From Nanobdellota archaeon (GTDB taxonomy: Archaea > Nanobdellota > Nanobdellia > Pacearchaeales > GW2011-AR1): a stretch of 64,000 nucleotides of DNA. Location of the stretch: assembly GCA_038045705.1 (NCBI GenBank), contig JBBSXO010000001.1, positions 32,001 to 96,000 of the forward strand, in the 5' to 3' direction. The position numbers and the translations under genes are program-made. A model generated the notes under the pieces. The model was not told where the DNA came from. It searched no databases and saw only the letters and a list, made by a program, of their open reading frames with translations. Of this stretch, positions 29,860-39,329 are shown in pieces (position 1 is the stretch's first letter; every line of letters starts with the position of its first letter).

Positions 29860-30504
29860 TTATGATTTTATAGCAAGTATTGCAATCTCATTTCCACTGT
29901 TGCTATGTTTAGAATATTCAAAGTCAATTAATTTTGAAAAAACACTCACTTTCTTTTTTAATAGATATTTTGCAAAGAAGTGCATATATAGAGCCGTGAG
30001 TTCAAATATAGACCCTCCAGCAAAAACCTTTTTTATTTTAAATCCTTTTTTTCCCAGTAAACTAGTTATTTGGCTAATAGTATAGTGTCTTTCATGCTGA
30101 ACATAGCGGACAGGGTTGAGATAGCTAAGCAAAGTATCGTTAGGTACGCAAATAGCGAGCTTTCCACCTTTCTTTAGAACCCTGTTTATCTCATCCAAGG
30201 CCTTTTCATGATCTTTGATGTGTTCTAAAACATCTAGGATTATTACCTGTGAGAAATATCCATTTTTGAATGGAATATTTGTAGCATCACATTTCACTTT
30301 ATTTATTGATTTGTTGCTTATGCCAAGATTCTTCTTGTCAAGATCAGATGACGTAAAGTTTTTATTGTTTAAGAAAAGTTGGTTTTCAATCCATTGCATC
30401 TCACCAGCACCGATGTTTAGGGTCCTTCCATTTATTTGAGCATCTATGATACTAGCGCAAACTCGTTCTCTTCCATATAGCATTTTATCTTTTTCTTCTT
30501 GCAT
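29860..30504 (-). CDS. class I SAM-dependent methyltransferase
   Basis: LNIGAG, CDATNIPF, DVLEHI, LKKGG..ICVPN, HERHY. Confidence 0.85.
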   Translation of the reverse strand: MQEEKDKMLYGRERVCASIIDAQINGRTLNIGAGEMQWIENQLFLNNKNFTSSDLDKKNLGISNKSINKVKCDATNIPFKNGYFSQVIILDVLEHIKDHEKALDEINRVLKKGGKLAICVPNDTLLSYLNPVRYVQHERHYTISQITSLLGKKGFKIKKVFAGGSIFELTALYMHFFAKYLLKKKVSVFSKLIDFEYSKHSNSGNEIAILAIKS

Positions 30505-31453
30505 TTTGTGTCACCGCATAGACAATTGATGAAGTTGAAACAATGTTTATGGCTGGCTCGTTCAAGAAGCAAGAATCTCTGTATTTTAATGATTTATATG
30601 TTGCATTTATAATTGGTAATATAAAAGAAAAAGTGTAGATCATCCATATTCCTACCTTTGCCCAATCTCTCTTCCAATCAATCCATTTGAATAATCTCAC
30701 ATTTCGATTAGGAAAATATGTTCTTTGTAGATTCCTTACACGTTTTCTTGATAATTCAGGTAAGCTTCTTAGTAAGTAATGGTGGATTCCGGTCTGAGGC
30801 ACATATGCAAAGTTTTTGTGTCCTACATTAAATAAAGCAACAGGAATATCGTTATCAATAAGTTGAGTTTTGTCTTTTATATAATTTTTAATTAAGCTTT
30901 TACGGTAGATCATCAGTCCCTGAGGAGGTATTTTTTTATCTGTAAGGATGCATAAGTAGTAAGATTTTCTTTTTTCTACAATTATATCTTTTGGAGAAAC
31001 AGTGAAGAATCTAAAGATAGGATCTCTTTGCCAAGCATCATATGACAAAGTTCTAGTCAAAGGATGGTGTTTTGGATTTACTAAGAATCTAACAAAAACG
31101 CCTGCAACTTTAGTAGAATCATAGAAAGGAGATAACATCTGTTCAATGAATGAATCATTTGACAGAGTCATATCTGCATCCATATACATGAAAAATTTTC
31201 CATTCGACTCCCTAAAACCTTTCATCTTGCTTATTTCAGCATCCTTAACTTTATTGAATAAGATCTTTAGATTTATCTTTTTAGAGAATCTTTTTGCAAT
31301 CTCAATAGTTTGGTCTATTGAATAATTATCTACTATTATTACTTCAAATTTATTTTTTTCAATTTTCTGCATTGCTATGGATTCCAAACAAGACAGTATA
31401 TCTATCTCTTCATTATATGTAGGTATAACTATGCTAAGGAGGGGTTTATCCAT
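30485..31453 (-). CDS. GT2 glycosyltransferase
   Basis: LSIVIPTYNEE, IVDNYSID, MDAD. Confidence 0.88.
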   Translation of the reverse strand: MDKPLLSIVIPTYNEEIDILSCLESIAMQKIEKNKFEVIIVDNYSIDQTIEIAKRFSKKINLKILFNKVKDAEISKMKGFRESNGKFFMYMDADMTLSNDSFIEQMLSPFYDSTKVAGVFVRFLVNPKHHPLTRTLSYDAWQRDPIFRFFTVSPKDIIVEKRKSYYLCILTDKKIPPQGLMIYRKSLIKNYIKDKTQLIDNDIPVALFNVGHKNFAYVPQTGIHHYLLRSLPELSRKRVRNLQRTYFPNRNVRLFKWIDWKRDWAKVGIWMIYTFSFILPIINATYKSLKYRDSCFLNEPAINIVSTSSIVYAVTQNARRKR

Positions 31454-31457
31454 TAAT

Positions 31458-32465
31458 TCAAGCAAAATCTAACGCTTTAAATGTCTTTTTGTCCCTAATA
31501 AAGTGGTCTAAAGCTATACTTCTTGGATATATTAGATAGGCATTTCGTTTGATGGTTTCCCTATTCAAATGTTCTTTTTTTGAGAAGAACAGGTAATAAA
31601 TAATAGAAGGGATGCTCATTAAAAAAGGAAGGCCCCTTTTTATAGGAAATCTCATTAGAGAAATTATTTCAAGGCCTAATTTCCACGCTAGAAGATACAA
31701 TCTTCTCCCACCTGTAGTATTTTTTATTAAACAAATTATATGGTTTTTTGATATAAGGTATTCTTTCTTGAAATTAATCTTCTCATTATTTACACTAAAA
31801 CTACCAATATGATAAATTATAGATTGCGGAGAGTACCAAATCTCTTTTCCACTATTATTAGCTCTCCAGCAAAAGTCCAGTTCTTCAGCATACATAAAGA
31901 AAGATTCATCAAACCCTCCCAACCTAATAAATTCTTTTCTTTCGACTAGGAGCGATACTCCACATCCCCAAAATACCCTTATTTCATCATCATATTGGCC
32001 ATTATCTTTTTCAACTGTCTGAAAAATTCTACCCCTACAAAACGGATAACCATATTTATCAATAAAACCTCCAGCAGCTCCAGCATTCTCAAAATATTCT
32101 TTTTTATAGTAAGACTTAATTTTTGATTGAACAGCTATACAGTTTTTATGTCTTTTAATTGTTTTTAATAATTCAAATTTCCAGCCCTTTCCTACAATTG
32201 TATCATTGTTTAGAAAGATGGCATATTTTGAAGTTGATTTTTTAATTAAATAATTACAAGACTCTGCAAAACCTAATCTTTCTTTTGATTCATATATCTC
32301 AACATTTGGCCAGTTCTTTTTAACTAATTTGACAGAATTGTCTGTTGTCTGATTAAATAATATTTTTATTTTTGCTTTTTTGTCATCTTTAAAAATAGAT
32401 TTCAAGCAATTAGCTATTACTTCTTCTCCATTAAGGTGGATAATTAAAATATCAATAGAATCCAT
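31458..32465 (-). CDS. GT2 glycosyltransferase (rhamnosyl/WbbL-like subgroup)
   Basis: GFAESCN, FLNNDT, GGFDESFFMYAEELDFCWR, IYHIG. Confidence 0.88.
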   Translation of the reverse strand: MDSIDILIIHLNGEEVIANCLKSIFKDDKKAKIKILFNQTTDNSVKLVKKNWPNVEIYESKERLGFAESCNYLIKKSTSKYAIFLNNDTIVGKGWKFELLKTIKRHKNCIAVQSKIKSYYKKEYFENAGAAGGFIDKYGYPFCRGRIFQTVEKDNGQYDDEIRVFWGCGVSLLVERKEFIRLGGFDESFFMYAEELDFCWRANNSGKEIWYSPQSIIYHIGSFSVNNEKINFKKEYLISKNHIICLIKNTTGGRRLYLLAWKLGLEIISLMRFPIKRGLPFLMSIPSIIYYLFFSKKEHLNRETIKRNAYLIYPRSIALDHFIRDKKTFKALDFA

Positions 32466-33259
32466 TATTCTATCAAAGAATGATTTAGTTTTAATATTCT
32501 TGGTAGTTTATCATAAACTCTTACAATAAATCCAAATGGGGAGTAAATAAGTCTTAATCTTAAAGTTCCGGAAAACATCTTTATTGAAGCTCTTATTGTA
32601 TCAACTGTTGTATTTCCATCATCAGCCCATGCAGTTGGAAATTCTAGTATTCTAAGACCATTTAGTTTACAAAGATATAATATATTTATATCAAATGCCC
32701 ACTGAGTTATGAATATTTTATTTACTATTTTTTTCAACTCATTAACCTTAAACAGCTTTGCCCCACACTGGGTGTCGTTGTATTTCATAAAAAACATTAT
32801 TCTTACCATAAAATTATATATTCTGCTAGCAAATCTTCTAATGATGTTTTGTTTTTTATCTATCTTAGATTCAATGGACCATCTATTCCCAATTATGCCA
32901 GAGTAACCGTCAATATTGTTTACTAAATCATAAAATGCATCTGGTGAAGTCGCTAAATCTGAATCTACAAAACCAGCCATATCAAATTTTTTTGATATGA
33001 AATACTTGAATCCTTCAGTAACTGCATAACCCTTACCACCTTTCTTAAGGCTAATATAAGCTACATTATTTGGTTTTTTAATAAAATTTTTAACAATTTC
33101 TTCGGTTTTATCTTTTGTGTTATTTATTACGACTAATATTGAATATTGGTTCTTTTCTACCTTGCTTTTTTTCAAGAAATAAGGAGAATATTCTTCAAGT
33201 TTTCTTTGGATTCTCTTCTCTTCATTATAAGCTGGGATAACTATTCCTATCTTCTTCAT
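32465..33259 (-). CDS. dolichyl-phosphate glycosyltransferase (Alg5/AglJ-like GT2)
   Basis: IVIPAYNEE, GKGYAV, FVDSDLAT, IGNR, DTQCGAKLF, WAFDINIL. Confidence 0.85.
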   Translation of the reverse strand: MKKIGIVIPAYNEEKRIQRKLEEYSPYFLKKSKVEKNQYSILVVINNTKDKTEEIVKNFIKKPNNVAYISLKKGGKGYAVTEGFKYFISKKFDMAGFVDSDLATSPDAFYDLVNNIDGYSGIIGNRWSIESKIDKKQNIIRRFASRIYNFMVRIMFFMKYNDTQCGAKLFKVNELKKIVNKIFITQWAFDINILYLCKLNGLRILEFPTAWADDGNTTVDTIRASIKMFSGTLRLRLIYSPFGFIVRVYDKLPRILKLNHSLIE

Positions 33260-34467
33260 TTTCTAAGTAAGGCTAAAGAGCCTATAAAAAAGATTACATT
33301 TGAGATAAAAAATCCAAAAGAGTAATATATCAAGTTACCAGACAATAAATATAAGATTATTATTTCCACAAAAAGACCAATAGATAACCATTGATAACCA
33401 TTTGTCATACCCCTCGATAGTTTATAATACAGTATCGTACTTGATAATGATAACATCATAGTGCCTAATGACAATAATTTTGTAGGTATATTTGCTTCAG
33501 GGATATATCTTCCAGACAGTAAATAAATTATTAGATCAGTGAAAAAGGTTATTATTAAAATAGCTACAAAACATATTGAAATAACTATTCCAATAGCTAG
33601 TTTAAAATTACGATTTGAGGATTTATTTTGATTAAATTCAACTACTGAAATCGGAAAGAGTACTTTGTTTATAGGTTGAACTGCTATGAATATTATAAGA
33701 GCTATTGTTGAAGCTATAGCATAGATTCCTGCCTCGAAGTCTCCAAAGATATTTCCTGCAATTAAAACATCTACATTAATAAATAAAATTAGCATAGAAG
33801 TAATTAAAAAAACTGGTTTACTATAAGATCTTATGCCATCTAGTTGTGCAGTTTCTATTTTACTTGATAGAACATCTTTAAGATAAAATAATGAAAGCAC
33901 AAAAGAAAGTATGATACTTATAACGACACCCCATACAGCTCCTAGAACTCCTAAGCCAAAATAAACCAACAAAAATGATGCTCCTATCTTTAAGATAGCC
34001 TCTCCAAGCATAGAAAAACCTAGTGCAAAAAATCTCTGTTGTCCTTGTAAAATTCCCCTGGCAATCGGTACAAACATAGAAAATAGGATAAATATGGAAG
34101 TAGCAAATAAAAGTGAATATGCTATATTAAATACTGGAGAAATTATTAAAGAGATTAATAAAAAAACTATCAAAACTATAATTGAAGGAAATATAATTTC
34201 TCTGTTACTTCTTAAAAAAATGTTTTTAAGCTTTCCATCATTTTTACGAAAATTAGATGAATATTTTACAACTACTGTCTGAACAGATTCCATAAATATT
34301 GCACCTATATATAAAAAAGCAAAAACTCTTTTTAACATTCCAAAATCTTCTACAGGCATAATTCTAACCATTAGTAAATGATATACAAAATTCAAAACAT
34401 TAAATATTCCTACGAGAGACAATAAAACTAAACTCCCTCTAACAAGTTTACTTTTAAAATCGATCAT
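33256..34467 (-). CDS. oligosaccharide flippase (MOP family)
   Basis: NFVYHLLMVR, RGILQG, GLGVLGA, DVLIA, AGIYAIAS; about 12 TM; ATGA-coupled to aglB. Confidence 0.82.
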   Translation of the reverse strand: MIDFKSKLVRGSLVLLSLVGIFNVLNFVYHLLMVRIMPVEDFGMLKRVFAFLYIGAIFMESVQTVVVKYSSNFRKNDGKLKNIFLRSNREIIFPSIIVLIVFLLISLIISPVFNIAYSLLFATSIFILFSMFVPIARGILQGQQRFFALGFSMLGEAILKIGASFLLVYFGLGVLGAVWGVVISIILSFVLSLFYLKDVLSSKIETAQLDGIRSYSKPVFLITSMLILFINVDVLIAGNIFGDFEAGIYAIASTIALIIFIAVQPINKVLFPISVVEFNQNKSSNRNFKLAIGIVISICFVAILIITFFTDLIIYLLSGRYIPEANIPTKLLSLGTMMLSLSSTILYYKLSRGMTNGYQWLSIGLFVEIIILYLLSGNLIYYSFGFFISNVIFFIGSLALLRK

Positions 34468-37166
34468 GCTAATCTTATTGAGTCTGGGTAATCTGTCTCA
34501 AGATAAGATTGATTGAATTGAATATTTGAAGGATAATTAACTTTCCATATTTTTATAGGTCCTCTAAACTCATTGAAATAAACAAAGTCTCCAACATTTA
34601 TCCCTTGGTTCTTCAGTATTTCCACTATAAAATCAGGCTCAGAATGAACTAACTCAAGGTTGCTATCTTGATGACCATACAAATAATATCTAGCAAGATT
34701 AGTTTTTGAAACTCTAGGACTCAAATAAAGAAGAGCACCTCTTGCTTCAACATCTCCCCCACCAAGAGAATTCTGAACAACTCTTGGATAAATTACAACT
34801 CCTGCTTCAATGCCTTTTTCTGTATCAACGAAACCATTTTCTAGACTCCAGTAGTATCTAATTGGTATCTGATATGTTTTATCTTGGAAGAAATATATTC
34901 CATATACCTCAGAAATATTATTATTTTTATTTACTGAAAGAACTGTGGCTGCAATATAAGCTTTTCCCTCAGGAAGAAATACTTCATTTCCATCTAGCAA
35001 GTATTTTATATCTTCATCTATTGTCGAACCTCCAGGATATACAAAAACAGTGTTATTTTTGCGTTCAGTAGTTTGTGAATTGTCTAACAATAGAGTAGGT
35101 ATCCAGCTTCTTCTATCATAAGTTGCATTAGATCCTATTGTCGAAAATGCAGAGTATTTCCCAATATCTGTAGAGTCAATTAAAAAATGAGTTATATTAT
35201 GAGCATACAAAAATTCAAGAGTATTATCTAAATTACTTTCCGTCAGAGCATATCTTCCCATTAAATGATTCCAATAAGGTATGCTGTTTCCACCATCTAG
35301 CGCTGTAGCTCTTTCTCCCATAGACTGCACCCAATAACCATAATCCCACCAGTGTCCAAATACAGCATTCGTGGGTGTTTGAGATCTAACCCACTCCATA
35401 GATTTTTGCCATTGTTGAGTATAAGGTGAAGGGGCATAACTACTTGCAAGACTTTTGCTAGAAGCATATAATTGATATATTGAAAATAATAATACTATTA
35501 TTAAAATAGATCCTAAAAATACAGTAAGTAGCTTCTCCTTATTTTTAACCTTCTTAACAATTGTGTGTATGCTCATAGCGGCGATATATCCTATAGCAAT
35601 AGATGCTGGGGGCACCAATATCATTACTAGTCTTATGAATCCTCTAGCAGAAATAAGAGCTATGAATAAAAATGAAATAAATATCAAAAGCTCAAATCTA
35701 ATTGATTTGAATTTATCCATTTCTCCTTTTTTATCCGCTACATAATAATGCCTAATAAATGCTCCAATGAATGTTAATATTCCCGCTCCATAAAATATCA
35801 AACTAATAGTATTTTGACCGTTGAAAATTGAAGATGGTGAATATCTACTATATATTATTGCAACAAGCATAAATGCAAAGAAAAGCGTGAATCTTATTCT
35901 TTCATTTCTTGAAAATTTATAGATCATATTCCAGAACATTAAAACAGCTCCAATCAAAAATATCCAGAATGAAATGAATATGCTTCCAACTTGAGGACCA
36001 AAATTGCCTATCCATTCAGTTAAATAAGGCTGTCTATTTTCAGCCACTGTTTGAATTAATCTAGATGTTGCAGGTTTAACAAAATTAGAATATATTTCGT
36101 CAAATCTGTTTATTATAAATCCTGGACCAAGTAAAATGGATGCTATTAAAACAAGTCCAAATCCAAATAATACCATTGCCAATAATCTAGAAGGCACTTT
36201 AGACAATGTTTTGTTTCTAGTTATTTTGCTTTCTATTTTATGATAAAAGAAGTGATAAAGACAAACCCCTAATAAAAGCGCTAATGCAGCACCTCTATCA
36301 AATGAAGTAAATGTTGTAAAGAAACCATATCTGTTAGAGAAAGGTATCATTAAAACTAAAGCAGACAATAACCACAAACTATAACTAATTATTTGTTTCT
36401 TTTCAAAATTACCTACAAGGAAACTGATGAAAGCTGCAGGAACAATAATGAAAAATATGTAAGAATAAGCTCCCCAAATGAGTGCCATTAAACCAGTAGA
36501 TATACCTGCAAGAGTACCGAATATAATTCTTCCTTTATTGCTTGAATTATTCCATGATTGCATAAGGAAGTAAATTGCCAAGAACATAAACAAGAAAGCT
36601 GACGATTCTTTTTCAGGAATTCCTGCTATCGTTCTAGGTATAAACACAGGGAATAAACTGAAAAGCAATGTTGAAACTATTGCACCGATGCTTGAATATC
36701 TTTCATCAAAATAAGTGCTTATTATTTTTTTAGATAATAAGAAAAAAGCAATTGCAGTCAATGCAAACATTACAACTGGAAATATAGATGCAGACTGATC
36801 TACGGAAGAACTGCCTAAAATGCTTGCAATTTTATGGAACCAAGCTATAGAGTAATAATGCAATGAAAAGTCTCCAGTTTCTAAGCCTAAGGGTACATAA
36901 CGCATATAGTCTATAGTAGCTAAACTTCCAGTCTCAACTATTTCTTTAGCATATCTGAGGAATAAGAATGGGTCTAAGTCTGGCCCTAAAGTCCAACCAC
37001 CTGTTGTAATATCTCTTAACCCGGCAAGATTTCTTGTTCTTAACCAAACCGCAATGTAAACAACAAGTGCTAAAGCAATATAAATAAACCAGTTAGCATT
37101 TTTCTTAACAAAATGTATTACTTTTTTTCTTCTTTCATCTAGGATAGGACTATTCACATCATCCAT
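34464..37166 (-). CDS. aglB: oligosaccharyltransferase AglB (STT3)
   Basis: DLDPFL, RTIAG..EKE, TVAEN, WWDYG and DxxK (DIGK) motifs; 900 aa multi-TM. Confidence 0.95.
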   Translation of the reverse strand: MDDVNSPILDERRKKVIHFVKKNANWFIYIALALVVYIAVWLRTRNLAGLRDITTGGWTLGPDLDPFLFLRYAKEIVETGSLATIDYMRYVPLGLETGDFSLHYYSIAWFHKIASILGSSSVDQSASIFPVVMFALTAIAFFLLSKKIISTYFDERYSSIGAIVSTLLFSLFPVFIPRTIAGIPEKESSAFLFMFLAIYFLMQSWNNSSNKGRIIFGTLAGISTGLMALIWGAYSYIFFIIVPAAFISFLVGNFEKKQIISYSLWLLSALVLMIPFSNRYGFFTTFTSFDRGAALALLLGVCLYHFFYHKIESKITRNKTLSKVPSRLLAMVLFGFGLVLIASILLGPGFIINRFDEIYSNFVKPATSRLIQTVAENRQPYLTEWIGNFGPQVGSIFISFWIFLIGAVLMFWNMIYKFSRNERIRFTLFFAFMLVAIIYSRYSPSSIFNGQNTISLIFYGAGILTFIGAFIRHYYVADKKGEMDKFKSIRFELLIFISFLFIALISARGFIRLVMILVPPASIAIGYIAAMSIHTIVKKVKNKEKLLTVFLGSILIIVLLFSIYQLYASSKSLASSYAPSPYTQQWQKSMEWVRSQTPTNAVFGHWWDYGYWVQSMGERATALDGGNSIPYWNHLMGRYALTESNLDNTLEFLYAHNITHFLIDSTDIGKYSAFSTIGSNATYDRRSWIPTLLLDNSQTTERKNNTVFVYPGGSTIDEDIKYLLDGNEVFLPEGKAYIAATVLSVNKNNNISEVYGIYFFQDKTYQIPIRYYWSLENGFVDTEKGIEAGVVIYPRVVQNSLGGGDVEARGALLYLSPRVSKTNLARYYLYGHQDSNLELVHSEPDFIVEILKNQGINVGDFVYFNEFRGPIKIWKVNYPSNIQFNQSYLETDYPDSIRLA

Positions 37167-37204
37167 TATTTAATTGACGAAATATCTTATTTAAAGCTTC
37201 TTAA

Positions 37205-38068
37205 CTAAGCAAAAAACAACGGAGTAATAAACACTTCAATCAATGCAGAAACAAACAACAAGATTATAGCTAATATAATCAAATTAAGGGAATCTTGTAA
37301 AACTTTCCAGAACCTCTCTGTTCCTATTTCTCTCCTAATAACTGCAAAAGATATCATTCCACCTGCAAGAGCAGCTATAAAATAAGACCCTATTTCAGGT
37401 AACCCATGTACAAAATAACGTAGCATTGCAGTAGGCAAATAATTTAAGTCAGATCTAGTAAATATGGCAATGGCTGCTGCAATTACACTAGCATTCCATG
37501 CAAGAATAAAAACAACTCCTGCACCAAACAACAATGAGAAAATAAGAGTAAATATCAAAACATAAGTATTGTTGGCAAAAATCAAAAACATTCTTTCCTT
37601 GTTTGTTGCAAAAGCTGTAGGGCTTGTTTGAGCTGACCTATAAAGTATAGTTTCAGCACAATCTTCAACACCAGGTCTATTTATGTTGCAAAAGGTATCA
37701 AGTTGTTGTTCAAGCGTAGTTGTTGTAGGCAAAAGTATGTACCAAAATGAATATCCTATAACAAATCCCACAAAAAGCCACATAAATGCCCACAATGCTT
37801 TTCTATGATCTTTAATCAGTTGAAAAGCTCCGGTTCCATCTTGTGATGATTTTGTCTCTTCAATTCTAAACATGTAGAACATGAAAGGAATAGAAAACAT
37901 AACTGTAAAAGTGACTACTAATATCCCACCAGCACGACTTAAAACTGGATCATTCTTAAATATCCACTCAACAAGCAGTATTGAAATACTAGCATAAAAA
38001 ACTCCTACAAAAAACATTTCCCATGGCTTACGTTCAGCCTTAGCAGGATTAATCAACATCTCAAACAT
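37205..38068 (-). CDS. SpoIIM/DUF95 family membrane protein
   Basis: IFANN, LAWNASVI, HGLPEI, ALAGG, SALIE. Confidence 0.8.
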   Translation of the reverse strand: MFEMLINPAKAERKPWEMFFVGVFYASISILLVEWIFKNDPVLSRAGGILVVTFTVMFSIPFMFYMFRIEETKSSQDGTGAFQLIKDHRKALWAFMWLFVGFVIGYSFWYILLPTTTTLEQQLDTFCNINRPGVEDCAETILYRSAQTSPTAFATNKERMFLIFANNTYVLIFTLIFSLLFGAGVVFILAWNASVIAAAIAIFTRSDLNYLPTAMLRYFVHGLPEIGSYFIAALAGGMISFAVIRREIGTERFWKVLQDSLNLIILAIILLFVSALIEVFITPLFFA

Positions 38069-38127
38069 AATTCATCACAAAACAAAAAAATCACTCACCT
38101 TTTTATATATGTTGTCTCTATAACCTC

Positions 38128-38925
38128 ATGGATAAGTTCTCGCAAATTTGTCAGGATATAAAATCAATAAAAATTCAAGGTGCTACGAACGTTGCAAAAG
38201 CAGCAGTCAAAGCTTATTGTATTCGCCCTAAAAAAAGCTCAATAAAAATTTTAACAAAATTGAGACCTACAGAGCCAATGTTAGTTAACGCCCTAAATAT
38301 AGCTAGAAAATCCTCAGCGGAGAATGTTCTAAACCATTTTGATAATACTCAAGAATTTATTAATCATTACATTCAAAAAATAATAAATCAAAACTCTGTT
38401 ATATTTACCCATTGTCATTCCAGTACATTGGTGCAAGCTCTGATTTCTGCGCATAAAAATCACAAAAAATTTTCAGTAATAAATACAGAAACTAGACCAT
38501 TATATCAAGGCTATCTAACTTCAAAACAGCTTTCAAAGGCTGGAATAAAAGTTACTATGTCTATAGATTCAGCAATTCTTCAAGACATAAAGGAATCTGA
38601 TATTATTATGTTAGGGGCAGATGCAGTTACAAAAAAAGGAGTTTTGAACAAAATAGGTAGTGGGTTAATAGCAAAAATAGCTTTAGACTTAAAGAAACCT
38701 CTTTACATAATTATAGATTCATGGAAATTTTCTGCGAAAAAAGTCATTATAGAAAAAAGATCTTGGAAAGAAATTTGGTCAAAGGCTCCTAAGCAAATCA
38801 ATATAGAAAATCCAGCCTTTGAACTAATTCCAAATAAACAAATAGCTTATGTAGTTTCTGAGTTAGGCATATTAACGCATAAAGAATTTCTTAAAGAAGC
38901 TAAAAAGTCTCTGAAGAATTATTGA
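38128..38925 (+). CDS. e2b2: ribose-1,5-bisphosphate isomerase (eIF2B-alpha-like fold)
   Basis: IKIQGATNVA, RPTEP, THCHSST (catalytic Cys), ETRPLYQG, GADA, NKIGS, NPAFE. Confidence 0.88.
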   Translation: MDKFSQICQDIKSIKIQGATNVAKAAVKAYCIRPKKSSIKILTKLRPTEPMLVNALNIARKSSAENVLNHFDNTQEFINHYIQKIINQNSVIFTHCHSSTLVQALISAHKNHKKFSVINTETRPLYQGYLTSKQLSKAGIKVTMSIDSAILQDIKESDIIMLGADAVTKKGVLNKIGSGLIAKIALDLKKPLYIIIDSWKFSAKKVIIEKRSWKEIWSKAPKQINIENPAFELIPNKQIAYVVSELGILTHKEFLKEAKKSLKNY

Positions 38926-39294
38926 CTAAATGATTAAGCTCTTTAATTCTTTAGTTATATTATCAATTTCAGATGCTATTTGAATCTTGAAAGACTCAAG
39001 TCTCTGTTTTTGTTCAAGAATAACTTCCTTTGTTTCATTAATTTCTTTTTTAATAAAGTATCCAGAGCCAACTTCAACAAGTAACTTTTTATTACTATCA
39101 ATTTTTACAGGCGCAAATACAGATTTGCCTATTGGTGCAAGTATCTCTTGCCCATTATTCTCTTTAATGATTTCGAGTTCTTCATTAAATAAACCAAGCT
39201 CTAAAATTTGCTGATCAACAATTTTCAACTGTTCAACAAACATTTCGTATCTTGCATTTAAACCATTCAAAACTTCTATATTTTCATTGTACAT
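38926..39294 (-). CDS. pfdA: prefoldin subunit alpha
   Basis: Coiled coil - EILAPIGKSVF...LLVEVGSGYFIKK - coiled coil. Confidence 0.88.
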   Translation of the reverse strand: MYNENIEVLNGLNARYEMFVEQLKIVDQQILELGLFNEELEIIKENNGQEILAPIGKSVFAPVKIDSNKKLLVEVGSGYFIKKEINETKEVILEQKQRLESFKIQIASEIDNITKELKSLII

Positions 39295-39329
39295 GTTATC
39301 AAATCTAAGAATATGTTATAAAAACCTTT

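Noticed and set aside
38128-38925. Translation factor eIF2B subunit
   Set aside because: The RPTEP and CHSS catalytic motifs plus an AMP phosphorylase in the same window favour R15P isomerase.
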